Positions 32,691 through 41,526 of a DNA stretch of 64,000 bases are shown one piece after another (the stretch's first letter is position 1; every line of letters starts with the position of its first letter). The stretch comes from an uncultured Acidobacteriaceae bacterium (GTDB lineage: Bacteria; Acidobacteriota; Terriglobia; Bryobacterales; Bryobacteraceae): contig CAWIQM010000003.1 in NCBI GenBank assembly GCA_963838245.1, positions 303,055 to 367,054 of the forward strand, given 5' to 3'. Under the pieces are notes generated by a model. It saw only the letters and a program-made list of their open reading frames with translations, had not been told where the DNA came from and did no database searches. The translations under genes and the position numbers were made by a program.

Positions 32691-35285
32691 TTGGTAAGGC
32701 ACTTGCCGGCTCAACCTCCAATTCGGACCACGCTCGCCACCCTGGTCGCCGACTTCGAACGGCACCCCAAAGACATCGCGGTCGTGTCAAAGCTCGGTCT
32801 TCGGCGACATTCGACCACCTACGCCGAACTGTCGCATTTAACCGGGCGGTTCGCCGCCGAGTTGGAACGACGCAGTATCAGGAAGGGCGATCGCGTCTTG
32901 CTTTGGGGCGAGAACGGTGCGCCTTGGATCGCTGCGTTCTTCGGCTGCGTGCTCCGCGGTGTAGTCGCCGTGCCAATCGATGCCCACGGCTCAGCGGAGT
33001 TTGCCGAGAAGGTGCGGTGCGATGTGCAGCCCCTCTTAGCCACCGGTTCAAAAGACCTCATCACCCGCCTGGATCCGGAGACGCCGAAGCTCGCCTTTGA
33101 AGACTTTGAATCGATGCTTACGGAACACGGCGACACAACACCAGTACTCGATCTGAGCGAGCGCGACACGCTGCAAATCATCTTCACTTCGGGAACCACA
33201 GGCGATCCGAAGGGCGTCGTCCACACGCACCACAATGTGCTGGCTAGCTTGCGACCCATTGAGTCGGAGATGCAGCAGTATTTGAAGTACGAACGCATCT
33301 TTCATCCACTGCGGTTCCTTCACACGTTGCCCTTGAGCCACGTTTTTGGCCAGTTCATGGGGCTGTGGATTCCGGCCTTGCTGGGGGCTGAACTGCTTTT
33401 TCCACCGCGCCTCCTCGCATCCGAGCTGATCGAATCCGTTCACGACGAGCGCATCTCAGTGGTTGCTTCGGTTCCGCGCGTTCTTGACCTGCTCCGAACG
33501 CACCTGCTGGGCAAATTCCCTGACCTGCCCGCGCGCCTGGAGCGGGCACGAACCATGCCGGTCTGGCGAAAGTGGTGGGTGTTTCGCGACGTTCACGGCG
33601 CGTTCGGCTTAAAGTTCTGGGCGTTCGTCTGCGGCGGCGCTTCGCTCGATTCGGAAGCAGAGCAATTCTGGTTGCGTCTCGGCTTCGCGGTGGTGCAGGG
33701 TTACGGCATGACGGAAACCACCGCACTGGTCAGTCTGAATCATCCCTTCAAAGCAGCCAGTGGCAGCATCGGCAAAGTGATGCCCGGACGCGAAGTGCGC
33801 ATCACCGATCAGGGCGAAATCCTGGTTCGGGGCGAAACCGTTTCGGGCGCCACCTGGCAGCGCGGCGGCATCGTCCCGACGGAGTCCGAATGGGTGGCAA
33901 CCGGCGACATCGCCGCGCTCGATGAAAGCGGCAATCTCCGTTTTCGCGGACGAACCAAAGAGGTCATCGTGACCGCGGCCGGGCTCAACATCTATCCCGA
34001 AGACCTGGAGGCCGAAGTCATTCGAGGACCTGGTGTGACCGGCTGTGTCGTGGTCGCGAACGAGGAAGATGGCAGCGGTCCGGAACCCATGGCAGCCGTC
34101 ATCGCCCAGACGGATGATCTCGCCGCGGAGGCCGTTCGGCTCGCGAACGATCGCCTCGCCCCGTTTCAACGTATTCGCCGCTGGACCCGCTGGCCTGATC
34201 CCGATTTCCCTCGCACGCCCAACGGCAAGATACTACGCCGCCAAGTCGCCGCGACGCTCGCCGCCCGCAACCAGAGCCGGATGGATTCATCGCTCGCAGG
34301 CAATGAGCTCTCTCAACTGGTCGCCGAGTCGTTGCACCGACCTGTCGGAAGCCTGGATGACAACGTGGTGCTGGACGATCTGTTCGATAGCCTGGGCCGC
34401 ATCGAGTTCCTTTCCCGGGTGGAAGAACGCTTCGGTATCGCTTTGACCGACACCGACTGGACGCAGTATCGGACACTCGGTGACCTGCGTGGCTTCTTGC
34501 TGCGAGACTCGCGGCAGGGATCGGGCGTCGAGACCGCTGAACACCTGGTTCAGCAGAACGCCGAGCCACGGCCGGCGGCAGACGAGCACATTTATCCTCG
34601 CTGGACCTGGGCCTGGCCCCAGCAGATCATCCGCGTGGCGTTTCTGGAGTTGGTCGCCAGGCCAATCTGCTGGCTACTTGCCAAGCCGCGTGTCGTCTGG
34701 AAGCTTGACTCAGTGCCGCAGCGCCCTGTTTTGATTGTGGCGAATCACGTGACAGCCTATGACGCCGCGCTGGTGATGTACGCCCTTCCCAGACAAATGC
34801 GACGTCACCTGGCCATGGCCATGTCCGGTGAGATGCTGCTCGACTTAAGGAAAGGGCGCAACCAAGGGAATGTCTTCTTGAATCTTCTGGCGCCCGCCGG
34901 CTACCTCCTGATCACCGCCCTATTCAATGTGTTTCCCTTGCCGCAGCGCACCGGATTCCGGAGAAGTTTCGCACACGCCGCCGCGGCAATGGATCACGGC
35001 TATCACGTCCTGGTGTTTCCGGAAGGTCGCCGCTCCGACGACGGCGGGCCACAACCGTTCAAGTCAGGCAGCGGCTTGCTGTGGTCGGAATTACGATCGC
35101 CTGCGGTACCTGCTTACCTCGAAGGGCTGGGCGAGATGAAGGCTGCCGGGAAGCCGTGGTTCCGATCCGGCAAGCTAACCGTTCACATCGGGAGTCTCAT
35201 CGAACCTCCAGGCTCGCTTTCATTGGAAGAAGCCACCCGGCTGCTCGAGCGTTCCGTCTTCTCGCTGGCCCCCAGGGGTCTTTAA
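32691..35285 (+). CDS. tri-domain fusion: fatty-acyl-AMP ligase (AMP-binding) - acyl-carrier-protein domain - lysophospholipid/glycerol-phosphate acyltransferase (PlsC/LPLAT)
   Basis: 864 aa. AMP-binding motifs IIFTSGTTGDPKGVVHTH and YGMTETT. PP-binding-like FDSLGRIEFLSRVEERFG (Ser attachment site). Acyltransferase HX4D (NHVTAYD) and FPEGRRS motifs. Confidence 0.8.
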   Translation: MVRHLPAQPPIRTTLATLVADFERHPKDIAVVSKLGLRRHSTTYAELSHLTGRFAAELERRSIRKGDRVLLWGENGAPWIAAFFGCVLRGVVAVPIDAHGSAEFAEKVRCDVQPLLATGSKDLITRLDPETPKLAFEDFESMLTEHGDTTPVLDLSERDTLQIIFTSGTTGDPKGVVHTHHNVLASLRPIESEMQQYLKYERIFHPLRFLHTLPLSHVFGQFMGLWIPALLGAELLFPPRLLASELIESVHDERISVVASVPRVLDLLRTHLLGKFPDLPARLERARTMPVWRKWWVFRDVHGAFGLKFWAFVCGGASLDSEAEQFWLRLGFAVVQGYGMTETTALVSLNHPFKAASGSIGKVMPGREVRITDQGEILVRGETVSGATWQRGGIVPTESEWVATGDIAALDESGNLRFRGRTKEVIVTAAGLNIYPEDLEAEVIRGPGVTGCVVVANEEDGSGPEPMAAVIAQTDDLAAEAVRLANDRLAPFQRIRRWTRWPDPDFPRTPNGKILRRQVAATLAARNQSRMDSSLAGNELSQLVAESLHRPVGSLDDNVVLDDLFDSLGRIEFLSRVEERFGIALTDTDWTQYRTLGDLRGFLLRDSRQGSGVETAEHLVQQNAEPRPAADEHIYPRWTWAWPQQIIRVAFLELVARPICWLLAKPRVVWKLDSVPQRPVLIVANHVTAYDAALVMYALPRQMRRHLAMAMSGEMLLDLRKGRNQGNVFLNLLAPAGYLLITALFNVFPLPQRTGFRRSFAHAAAAMDHGYHVLVFPEGRRSDDGGPQPFKSGSGLLWSELRSPAVPAYLEGLGEMKAAGKPWFRSGKLTVHIGSLIEPPGSLSLEEATRLLERSVFSLAPRGL

Positions 35286-35921
35286 CTACTTCTTCAAGAA
35301 CTCGGCAGTCTTCCCGAAGTCGCCTTCGAAGACGAATGTGCCGATGCTATTGCGTGTACGGGGCGCCGTCTCGCGCTCGCGAAGCTCGGGCGGCAGAATT
35401 GAAACATCCGCCTGGTAGCCGATCGCAATCATCGCTCCAATGTCGTATCCATCCGGAACATGAAACACGGCACGGGCCTTCTCTGCATCGAAGCCCGCCA
35501 TCTGATGCGTGATCAGGCCTAGTGAAGTTGCCTGTATCAGCAGCATTGAAACGGCTTGGCCTAGGTCGTATATCCCATACCGGTTAGGGCTTCCATTCTT
35601 CTGGAAAACCTTCCGCGCCAAGCCGAGCACGAGCACCGGCGCGTTCTTGGTCCACGTCTGGTTGGCCGGTACCAGAGTTTCAGAGAGCTTGATCCACGTT
35701 TCGGTGCCCTTTGTTCCCACGATGAAGCTCCAGGGCTGCTCGTTGCTGCTCGAGGGCGCCCACCGTGCGGCTTCGAACAGCTGTGCGAGCAGTTCAGACG
35801 GCACGGGCTGGTCGGCCGCGTAGGCTCGCGGGCTCCAGCGGCTTGCCAACAATTCATGAATCTGGTGTTCCGCCTGGGCGGGCTTGGCGAGGAGTTCGGG
35901 AGTGCTGGAAGACATGATCAC
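35286..35921 (-). CDS. nitroreductase-family protein
   Basis: 211 aa; RWAPSSSNEQPW nitroreductase signature. Confidence 0.75.
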   Translation of the reverse strand: MIMSSSTPELLAKPAQAEHQIHELLASRWSPRAYAADQPVPSELLAQLFEAARWAPSSSNEQPWSFIVGTKGTETWIKLSETLVPANQTWTKNAPVLVLGLARKVFQKNGSPNRYGIYDLGQAVSMLLIQATSLGLITHQMAGFDAEKARAVFHVPDGYDIGAMIAIGYQADVSILPPELRERETAPRTRNSIGTFVFEGDFGKTAEFLKK

Positions 35922-36077
35922 AATTCCTTTTTCAACGGTCAGCTAAGACGAATGGATGCGATTGGGTTGGCAGTTGACGCAGCAAAGGCCCGTGGCGCAG
36001 GCTGTTAGCCTGCCGAGCCGAGACTCGTCTCGGCTTTTCCAGACTTCTTAATTGGAATCCGCTCACGTGCATTCTTT

Positions 36078-37253
36078 TCAGCCAATCACTTGCAGAATCA
36101 GGCAATTGAGATAGTGTGTCTCGGGAACTGTCAGCAAGATCGGGTGGTCCTGAGCTTGAGTCCGGCGCTCCAGCACGCGCAAGCGCTTCCCACAGTCGAG
36201 TGCCGCTGCGGCAACCACCTCCAGAAGATGCCCCTCAGTCATGTGATGTGAACAGGAACAGCTCACTAGAATTCCACCCGCGCGAAGTAGTCGCAGCGCG
36301 CGCAGGTTAATCTCTTTGTAACCTCGCGTCGCGCCCTCCACCGCCCCACGAGACTTGCTGAATGCGGGAGGATCGACCACCACCAAGTCGAAACTCCGAT
36401 GGGCCGACACCAATCCCGGAAGGTATTCGAGTACGTCGGCCTTTTGGAATCGAACGTTGGCAATATCATTCGTTTCGGCGTTGGCTTGCGCGATCGCAAG
36501 AGACGGCGCAGAGCTGTCCACGCCTTCCACGTTTTCGCAGACCTCCGCCAAGTGCAGCGCGAAGCCTCCAGTCGCTGTAAAGCAATCGAGTGCCTTCCCG
36601 GATCCGTAGCTTCGCACGGCCAGGTAATTCTCGCGCTGGTCCAGAAAGATCCCTGTCTTCTGCCCCTCCAGCAGATCCACTTGCCAGCGCAGCTTGTTCA
36701 TCTCGATTTCGACATGAGCAGGCACATCACCCATCAGCACCTTTGTCTCGACGGGCAAATCTTCTTTCGTCCGGCTGGGAATGTCATTTCGCGCCACGAT
36801 CCCCCGTGGGTGAAAGAGGTCGGTGAGCACGTCGACAATCGCAGCCGACAGACGATCCATGCCCTGGTCCAAAAACTGAACCGACAGGTAGTCGCCATAT
36901 TTGTCGACAATCAGGCCGGGCAGTAGATCACCCTCGGCATACACCAAACGGTAGGCGTTCGATTGCGATACAACCATCTGGCGCAGCCGGTTCGCCGCTT
37001 CAATGCGCTTCTTCAGGAACGCAGGCGTCACGTCGGGCTCACCGTGTTCGCTGAGTAAGCGTAGCGTGATCTGGGAAGTGGAACTATAGTGGGCCAGGGC
37101 CAAGGTACGACCCTTAGGATCGAGAACGCGAACCGCATCGCCCGCTTGTGCGTTGCCGCGATCGGTCACATCACTCGCAAACACCCATAGGTGGCCCGCC
37201 GCAACCCGGTCAGCAGCCTTGCGATTGACGCGCACCATGGGTAAAGAGGCCAT
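36078..37253 (-). CDS. rlmI: class I SAM-dependent rRNA (cytosine-C5) methyltransferase, RlmI-like (PUA + MTase)
   Basis: 391 aa; N-terminal PUA-like region, FLDQRENY, DCF…GGF, VVDPPAFSKS motifs. Confidence 0.75.
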   Translation of the reverse strand: MASLPMVRVNRKAADRVAAGHLWVFASDVTDRGNAQAGDAVRVLDPKGRTLALAHYSSTSQITLRLLSEHGEPDVTPAFLKKRIEAANRLRQMVVSQSNAYRLVYAEGDLLPGLIVDKYGDYLSVQFLDQGMDRLSAAIVDVLTDLFHPRGIVARNDIPSRTKEDLPVETKVLMGDVPAHVEIEMNKLRWQVDLLEGQKTGIFLDQRENYLAVRSYGSGKALDCFTATGGFALHLAEVCENVEGVDSSAPSLAIAQANAETNDIANVRFQKADVLEYLPGLVSAHRSFDLVVVDPPAFSKSRGAVEGATRGYKEINLRALRLLRAGGILVSCSCSHHMTEGHLLEVVAAAALDCGKRLRVLERRTQAQDHPILLTVPETHYLNCLILQVIG

Positions 37254-37400
37254 CTGCCCTATTTGAGCAGACGCACCGCCGCGCAGAGGCTAACCAGCCG
37301 CCGCAGAAACAGAATCGGCGGGTACCCGAAGGCATCCCGCCGAAAAGCATTCACTTGGCAAGCTCTAGTGCTTTGGCCTCTGAGAGGAGTTGTCCACCGA

Positions 37401-37844
37401 TTAGTGAACTTCCACCTTGATGGTCCGTGGTTTCGCAACTTCCTTCTTGGCAAGCGTCATGGTCAGGACGCCATTCTTGAAATCGGCCTTCACATTTTCA
37501 GGATCAACTGTCTCAGGAAGGCTGAATGCGCGTACGAACGAACCATAGCTGCGCTCAATCCGATGATAGCCTTTACCGTTCTTCTCCGACTCAAACGCAC
37601 GGCTCCCCTTCAGGGTCAGCGTGCCGTTCTCAATCTGGATATCAACGTTCTTCGGGTCCACCTCAGGCAGATCTGCCTTCAGCACGAGTTCGTTGTCTGT
37701 CTCAAAGATGTCAACGGCGGGAGTCCATGGCCGGCTGCCTGGCTCGCCAAAGAGCCGCGAAACCGAATCCTGGAATAACCGGAGCCCGGTCGGGAAATCC
37801 TCAAATTCTGACGTAGCGAAAGGTGAATATTTGATCATTGGCAT
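37401..37844 (-). CDS. Hsp20/alpha-crystallin family small heat-shock protein
   Basis: 147 aa; WTPAVDIFETDNELVLKADLPEV…GVLTMTL alpha-crystallin domain; GGAGG 7 nt upstream of ATG. Confidence 0.85.
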   Translation of the reverse strand: MPMIKYSPFATSEFEDFPTGLRLFQDSVSRLFGEPGSRPWTPAVDIFETDNELVLKADLPEVDPKNVDIQIENGTLTLKGSRAFESEKNGKGYHRIERSYGSFVRAFSLPETVDPENVKADFKNGVLTMTLAKKEVAKPRTIKVEVH

Positions 37845-37866
37845 GCTTGATCCTCCTTCAATCTGG

Positions 37867-37895
37867 ATCTATCGTCAGCATAATATATGCGCATC
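37867..37895 (-). promoter_or_regulatory. candidate sigma70-type promoter of the hsp20 gene
   Basis: Minus-strand TTGACA (37890-37895), 17-nt spacer, TATGCT (37867-37872), approximately 20 nt upstream of the SD. Confidence 0.35.
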
Positions 37896-38510
37896 TTATT
37901 GTCAAGTCTTATTAGTGCTGACAGAGCAGATTGTGTAAAGATGCGGTAATGCCAAGCGATCATCTCTAGATATCAATGGCTTACGTGGTCTTTGCAGCAG
38001 AAAAACGAGATGGGCCGCACAATTGTCCTGTGAGAGCCGCAGGATAATTCGAGGATACTGGTGAGGCTAAGGCTATGTCCGGTCAAGGCATCGCAAGGAT
38101 CAGCCTGGGAAGTCCCCGTGGCGTCCAGCAACCCGTAGCCTTCCCGCCTGGGCCGACCATTCAAACGACTTTTTCATCGCGAGGTGAACGGAGGCCGCTC
38201 AAGAGAGTTCCGTCTTCTCCGGCCCGTTGACTGTCTGTTTGACGCTGGGCACGAGCGTCCAATTCTCTGTCGATAGGTCGCGCTTTGAGCGCAGTGCAGC
38301 TTACCATTAAGATCAGGAACATGGGACACCCGGGAGGAGCAATGATCACATCGAAACCGGGGCAGAGCGCAGCAGAATGCCTAAGCAGGGGTAAATGCTA
38401 AACCGGGGCAACCCAGTGATATTCCCAGAGGCGGGCGCCGCTCGGGTTCCAGTATGAGTGAATCTATCAGCCGTTCGTTTGAATCCATCATGCCTTGAGG
38501 AGGAACTTTT

Positions 38511-39452
38511 ATGCCACTTCCCGAAGACGAGAAACTGATCGCGCTGGGTCAGGATCTCCTTAATCAGTTCGACACAATGTTCGGGTTGCACCCCGGCTTC
38601 CGGCCGGCCCACGCCAAGGGCATGATGCTGAAAGGCACCTTTACGCCGGCGCCTGGCGCCATATCGCTGACGCGGGCGCCCCACATACAGCACCGGTCCA
38701 CCCCGGTGACCGCCCGCTTCTCAAACTCCACCGGACTTCCAGCAATACCCGATAACGACCCCAATGCAAATCCGCGCGGGATGGCGATCCGATTTCATCT
38801 CGCCGAACGAGTTCACACCGACATCATCAGCCACTCGACGGACGGCTTTCCGACCAGGACCGGCCAGGAGTTTCTGGAGTTTCTGCGAGCGGCCACTTCC
38901 AACGAGACATCGAAGCCGTCGCCGATTGAGAAGTTCCTGGGCACTCACCCGAAGGCACTGGCCTTTGTGCAGGCACCGAAGCCTGCGCCCTCCAGCTTCG
39001 CGCGAGACGCGTACTTCGGGGTGACGGCGATGCGCTTCACCAACAAAGACGGCGCCAGCCGCTACGGGCGCTACCGCATTGTCCCGGAAGCCGGCATCGA
39101 GCATCTTGACCAGGCAGCCACAGCCGCTCGAGGGGCGAACTACCTGCTTGACGAACTGGCAGAGCGGGTTGGGAAGGGCCCGATTGGGTTTCGAATCCTG
39201 GTTCAGGTCGCCAATAACGGAGACACGGTGGATGACGCCACCGTACACTGGCCGGAGGACCGGACGCTGCTTGAATTCGGCTCGATTTCGCTGACCGCGC
39301 TGGCGCCGAACGACGCACACGAACAAAAGCAAGTCATTTTCGATCCGATTCCACGCGTGGACGGGATCGATCCATCGGACGATCCGCTGTTGGAGTTGCG
39401 CGCGGCGATCTATCTGATGAGCGGTCGAAGACGGCGGTCGGCACCGGAGTAG
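38511..39452 (+). CDS. catalase-family (catalase-related small heme peroxidase) protein
   Basis: 313 aa; HAKGMMLKGTF matches the distal-His region of the catalase fold; GGAGG RBS upstream. Confidence 0.6.
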   Translation: MPLPEDEKLIALGQDLLNQFDTMFGLHPGFRPAHAKGMMLKGTFTPAPGAISLTRAPHIQHRSTPVTARFSNSTGLPAIPDNDPNANPRGMAIRFHLAERVHTDIISHSTDGFPTRTGQEFLEFLRAATSNETSKPSPIEKFLGTHPKALAFVQAPKPAPSSFARDAYFGVTAMRFTNKDGASRYGRYRIVPEAGIEHLDQAATAARGANYLLDELAERVGKGPIGFRILVQVANNGDTVDDATVHWPEDRTLLEFGSISLTALAPNDAHEQKQVIFDPIPRVDGIDPSDDPLLELRAAIYLMSGRRRRSAPE

Positions 39453-39630
39453 GGGTCCGGCCGCGTTGGGTCCAGATGAGACAATTTCGCGCATCGGCTG
39501 AAACGCTGAAGACGGTCGGCGACGGTTATGCGGGACGTCAGATCAGAAGCCAGTTTCAAGCGCGCACATGATTGGGCCAGCGTCTGAAGCAATTATCCGT
39601 GTCGATCCGAAATCGGCTCGGGCGCTTGGG

Positions 39631-39993
39631 TTACTTGGGCGCGAGGTGGCTGAGGCTTTGGGTGCGGAATTCGTACTGCTGGATTTGGAGGGCCAGTTGC
39701 CCTTCTTCCTGACGGGTGATGCGGCCGCGGGCGACCAGGTTCAGCAGGCACCGGTCATTGAGCTGCGCGGGCCAACTGATGGAAACCTCGAGCCGGGTGC
39801 CGATGGGCAGTTCGTGCGCGGCGGTAAACAAAACGCCGGAGCTGCTGATGTTGAGGGTCTTTCCGATTCCATTGATGGTCTCGGACCGTTGACTCAAGGT
39901 CTTATAGCGCAGTTCCCGTTCAATCGGAAAACGACTCGAACGTCTGCGTTCCGAGCTCGCTGCGGAGCTGTTTTGTAAGGAGTTATCCGTCAC
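39631..39993 (-). CDS. PilZ-domain protein (c-di-GMP receptor candidate)
   Basis: 120 aa; RRSSRFPIE … GKTLNISSSGVLF fits the RxxxR … D/NxSxGG PilZ motifs. Confidence 0.6.
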   Translation of the reverse strand: MTDNSLQNSSAASSERRRSSRFPIERELRYKTLSQRSETINGIGKTLNISSSGVLFTAAHELPIGTRLEVSISWPAQLNDRCLLNLVARGRITRQEEGQLALQIQQYEFRTQSLSHLAPK

Positions 39994-40076
39994 AGGCCGA
40001 AAGTACCTGACAACAAAGTCAATTATAGATTAAATGCAATCGGGTAGCCACTGGAAGGTTTTCTGCGGGCGGCAGT

Positions 40077-40101
40077 ATTAATGCAATATATATTACATTA
40101 A
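40077..40101. promoter_or_regulatory. AT-rich perfect inverted repeat ATTAATG-N11-CATTAAT upstream of the PilZ gene
   Basis: tATTAATGcaatatatattaCATTAATc; a second TTAAATGCAAT copy lies at 40029-40039. Sits in a markedly AT-rich 170-bp intergenic island in a GC-rich genome. Confidence 0.35.
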
Positions 40102-40161
40102 TCCATCTCGACTCTGAAGAATCGCGACCGGGGAGGTTTGTTTTAACACAGGTTCTTGCAC

Positions 40162-41526
40162 TCACAGCTCCGTTTCTTCATCCGTCTTGATTTTAGGGTG
40201 GCGGCGTTCTTCTAGCCACCGCAGACGCTCCTGGAGTTTCTGCTCGAAGCCGCGGTCGGTGGGCTGGTAGAAGCGCTCGTCGGCGAGCGAAGGCGGCAGG
40301 CAGGTCATATCGGTAACGGCGTCGGGCTCATTATGAGCGTGCCGGTAGCCTTTGGCGTAGCCGAGATCCTTCATCAGGTGGGTGGGGGCATTGCGGAGAT
40401 GCAGAGGAACGGGTTCAGCGGTGGTGTTCTGAATGACATCACGGATTCGGTTCATGGCGCGGTAGGAAGCATCGGATTTGGGCGCTAGGGAGAGGTAGAT
40501 GGCCAGCTGGCCCAACGCCAAATCTCCCTCGGGTAGACCCAGGAAGTGAACGGTCTGCTGGCAGGCGACGGCCTGTTCGACCGCATGCGGGTCGGCCAAG
40601 CCGATATCCTCAATCGCCATGCGCACGAGGCGCCGCGCCAGATACATGCGGTCCTCTCCCGACTCAAGCATGCGGGTCAGCCAGTAGAGGGCGGCATCGG
40701 GGTCACTCGAGCGAACGGATTTGTGTAAGGCAGAGATGAGGTTGAAGTGCTCTTCACCGGCTTTGTCGTAGAGCAGCATCTTGCGCTGCAGGGCCTGGGC
40801 CAGTTCCTTACGGCTGAGAACGCCGTCTTGGGCGACCTCGGCGGCCAGTTCCAACGTGTTGAGGGCGGAGCGGGCATCGCCGTCGGAGGCGATCGCAATC
40901 TCGTCGAGGACCTCGTCGGAGACTTTGAGATGAAGGTGGCCCAAACCGCGGTCGGGGATTGCGATAGCGCGTTTGAGAAGCGTGATGATCTCGGGCGGCT
41001 CGAGTGCGAGCAGCGGGTAGACCTTGGTGCGCGAGAGCAGCGCGGAGATGACTTCGAAGGACGGATTCTCGGTGGTCGCGCCAATCAGGATGACGTCGCC
41101 GCGCTCGACGTAAGGAAGAAAAGCATCCTGCTGAGCCTTATTAAAGCGATGGATTTCGTCGATAAACAAGACAGTGCGGTGGCCCATGCGGCGGGCCTTT
41201 TCGGCATCGGCCATGACGGCCTTGATCTCCTTGACGCCGCTGAGGACGGCACTGAAGGGGATGAAATCGGCCTTACTGTGCTCGGCCATGAGTGAGGCGA
41301 GGGTTGTTTTGCCGACGCCGGGAGGTCCCCAGAGGATAAGCGAGGTGAGGTGACCGCTCTCAATCTGCTTGCGAAGTGGTGTCCCGGGACCGAGCATGTG
41401 TTGCTGACCGACGAACTCGTCGAGCGTGCGAGGGCGCATGCGATCGGCCAGAGGGCTGGAGCGATCGACTTTCTTGGTGGACTTGCCTGCGTTCCTGCCC
41501 AGCGGCGCCGTGTCGAATAAACTCAT
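40162..41526 (-). CDS. rarA: replication-associated recombination protein A (AAA+ ATPase)
   Basis: 454 aa; GPPGVGKTTLA Walker A, MgsA C-terminal domains. Confidence 0.85.
   Translation of the reverse strand: MSLFDTAPLGRNAGKSTKKVDRSSPLADRMRPRTLDEFVGQQHMLGPGTPLRKQIESGHLTSLILWGPPGVGKTTLASLMAEHSKADFIPFSAVLSGVKEIKAVMADAEKARRMGHRTVLFIDEIHRFNKAQQDAFLPYVERGDVILIGATTENPSFEVISALLSRTKVYPLLALEPPEIITLLKRAIAIPDRGLGHLHLKVSDEVLDEIAIASDGDARSALNTLELAAEVAQDGVLSRKELAQALQRKMLLYDKAGEEHFNLISALHKSVRSSDPDAALYWLTRMLESGEDRMYLARRLVRMAIEDIGLADPHAVEQAVACQQTVHFLGLPEGDLALGQLAIYLSLAPKSDASYRAMNRIRDVIQNTTAEPVPLHLRNAPTHLMKDLGYAKGYRHAHNEPDAVTDMTCLPPSLADERFYQPTDRGFEQKLQERLRWLEERRHPKIKTDEETEL

Noticed and set aside
37844-37866. 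Potential RNA thermometer (GAUCC…GGAUC pairing around the SD) in the hsp20 leader
   Set aside because: If the TTGACA/TATGCT promoter is correct the 5'-UTR is only ~15 nt, too short to contain the hairpin; left as unsupported.
37896-37915. Possible CIRCE (HrcA) element upstream of hsp20 (TTAGTGCTGAC)
   Set aside because: Only a degenerate half-site; no inverted partner 9 nt away, so not a bona fide TTAGCACTC-N9-GAGTGCTAA element.
37945-38510. Searched for tmRNA, SRP RNA, RNase P RNA and 6S signatures in the long intergenic region
   Set aside because: No conserved motifs found: no GGUUCGAAUCC-type T-loop, no domain-IV SRP motif, no GGAAAGUCCGGGCUCC / ACAGAACCCGGCUUA RNase P motifs. Region reported only as an unexplained non-coding stretch.
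39568-39978. 136-aa plus-strand ORF overlapping the PilZ gene
   Set aside because: Antisense to a motif-bearing PilZ ORF with better coding features.
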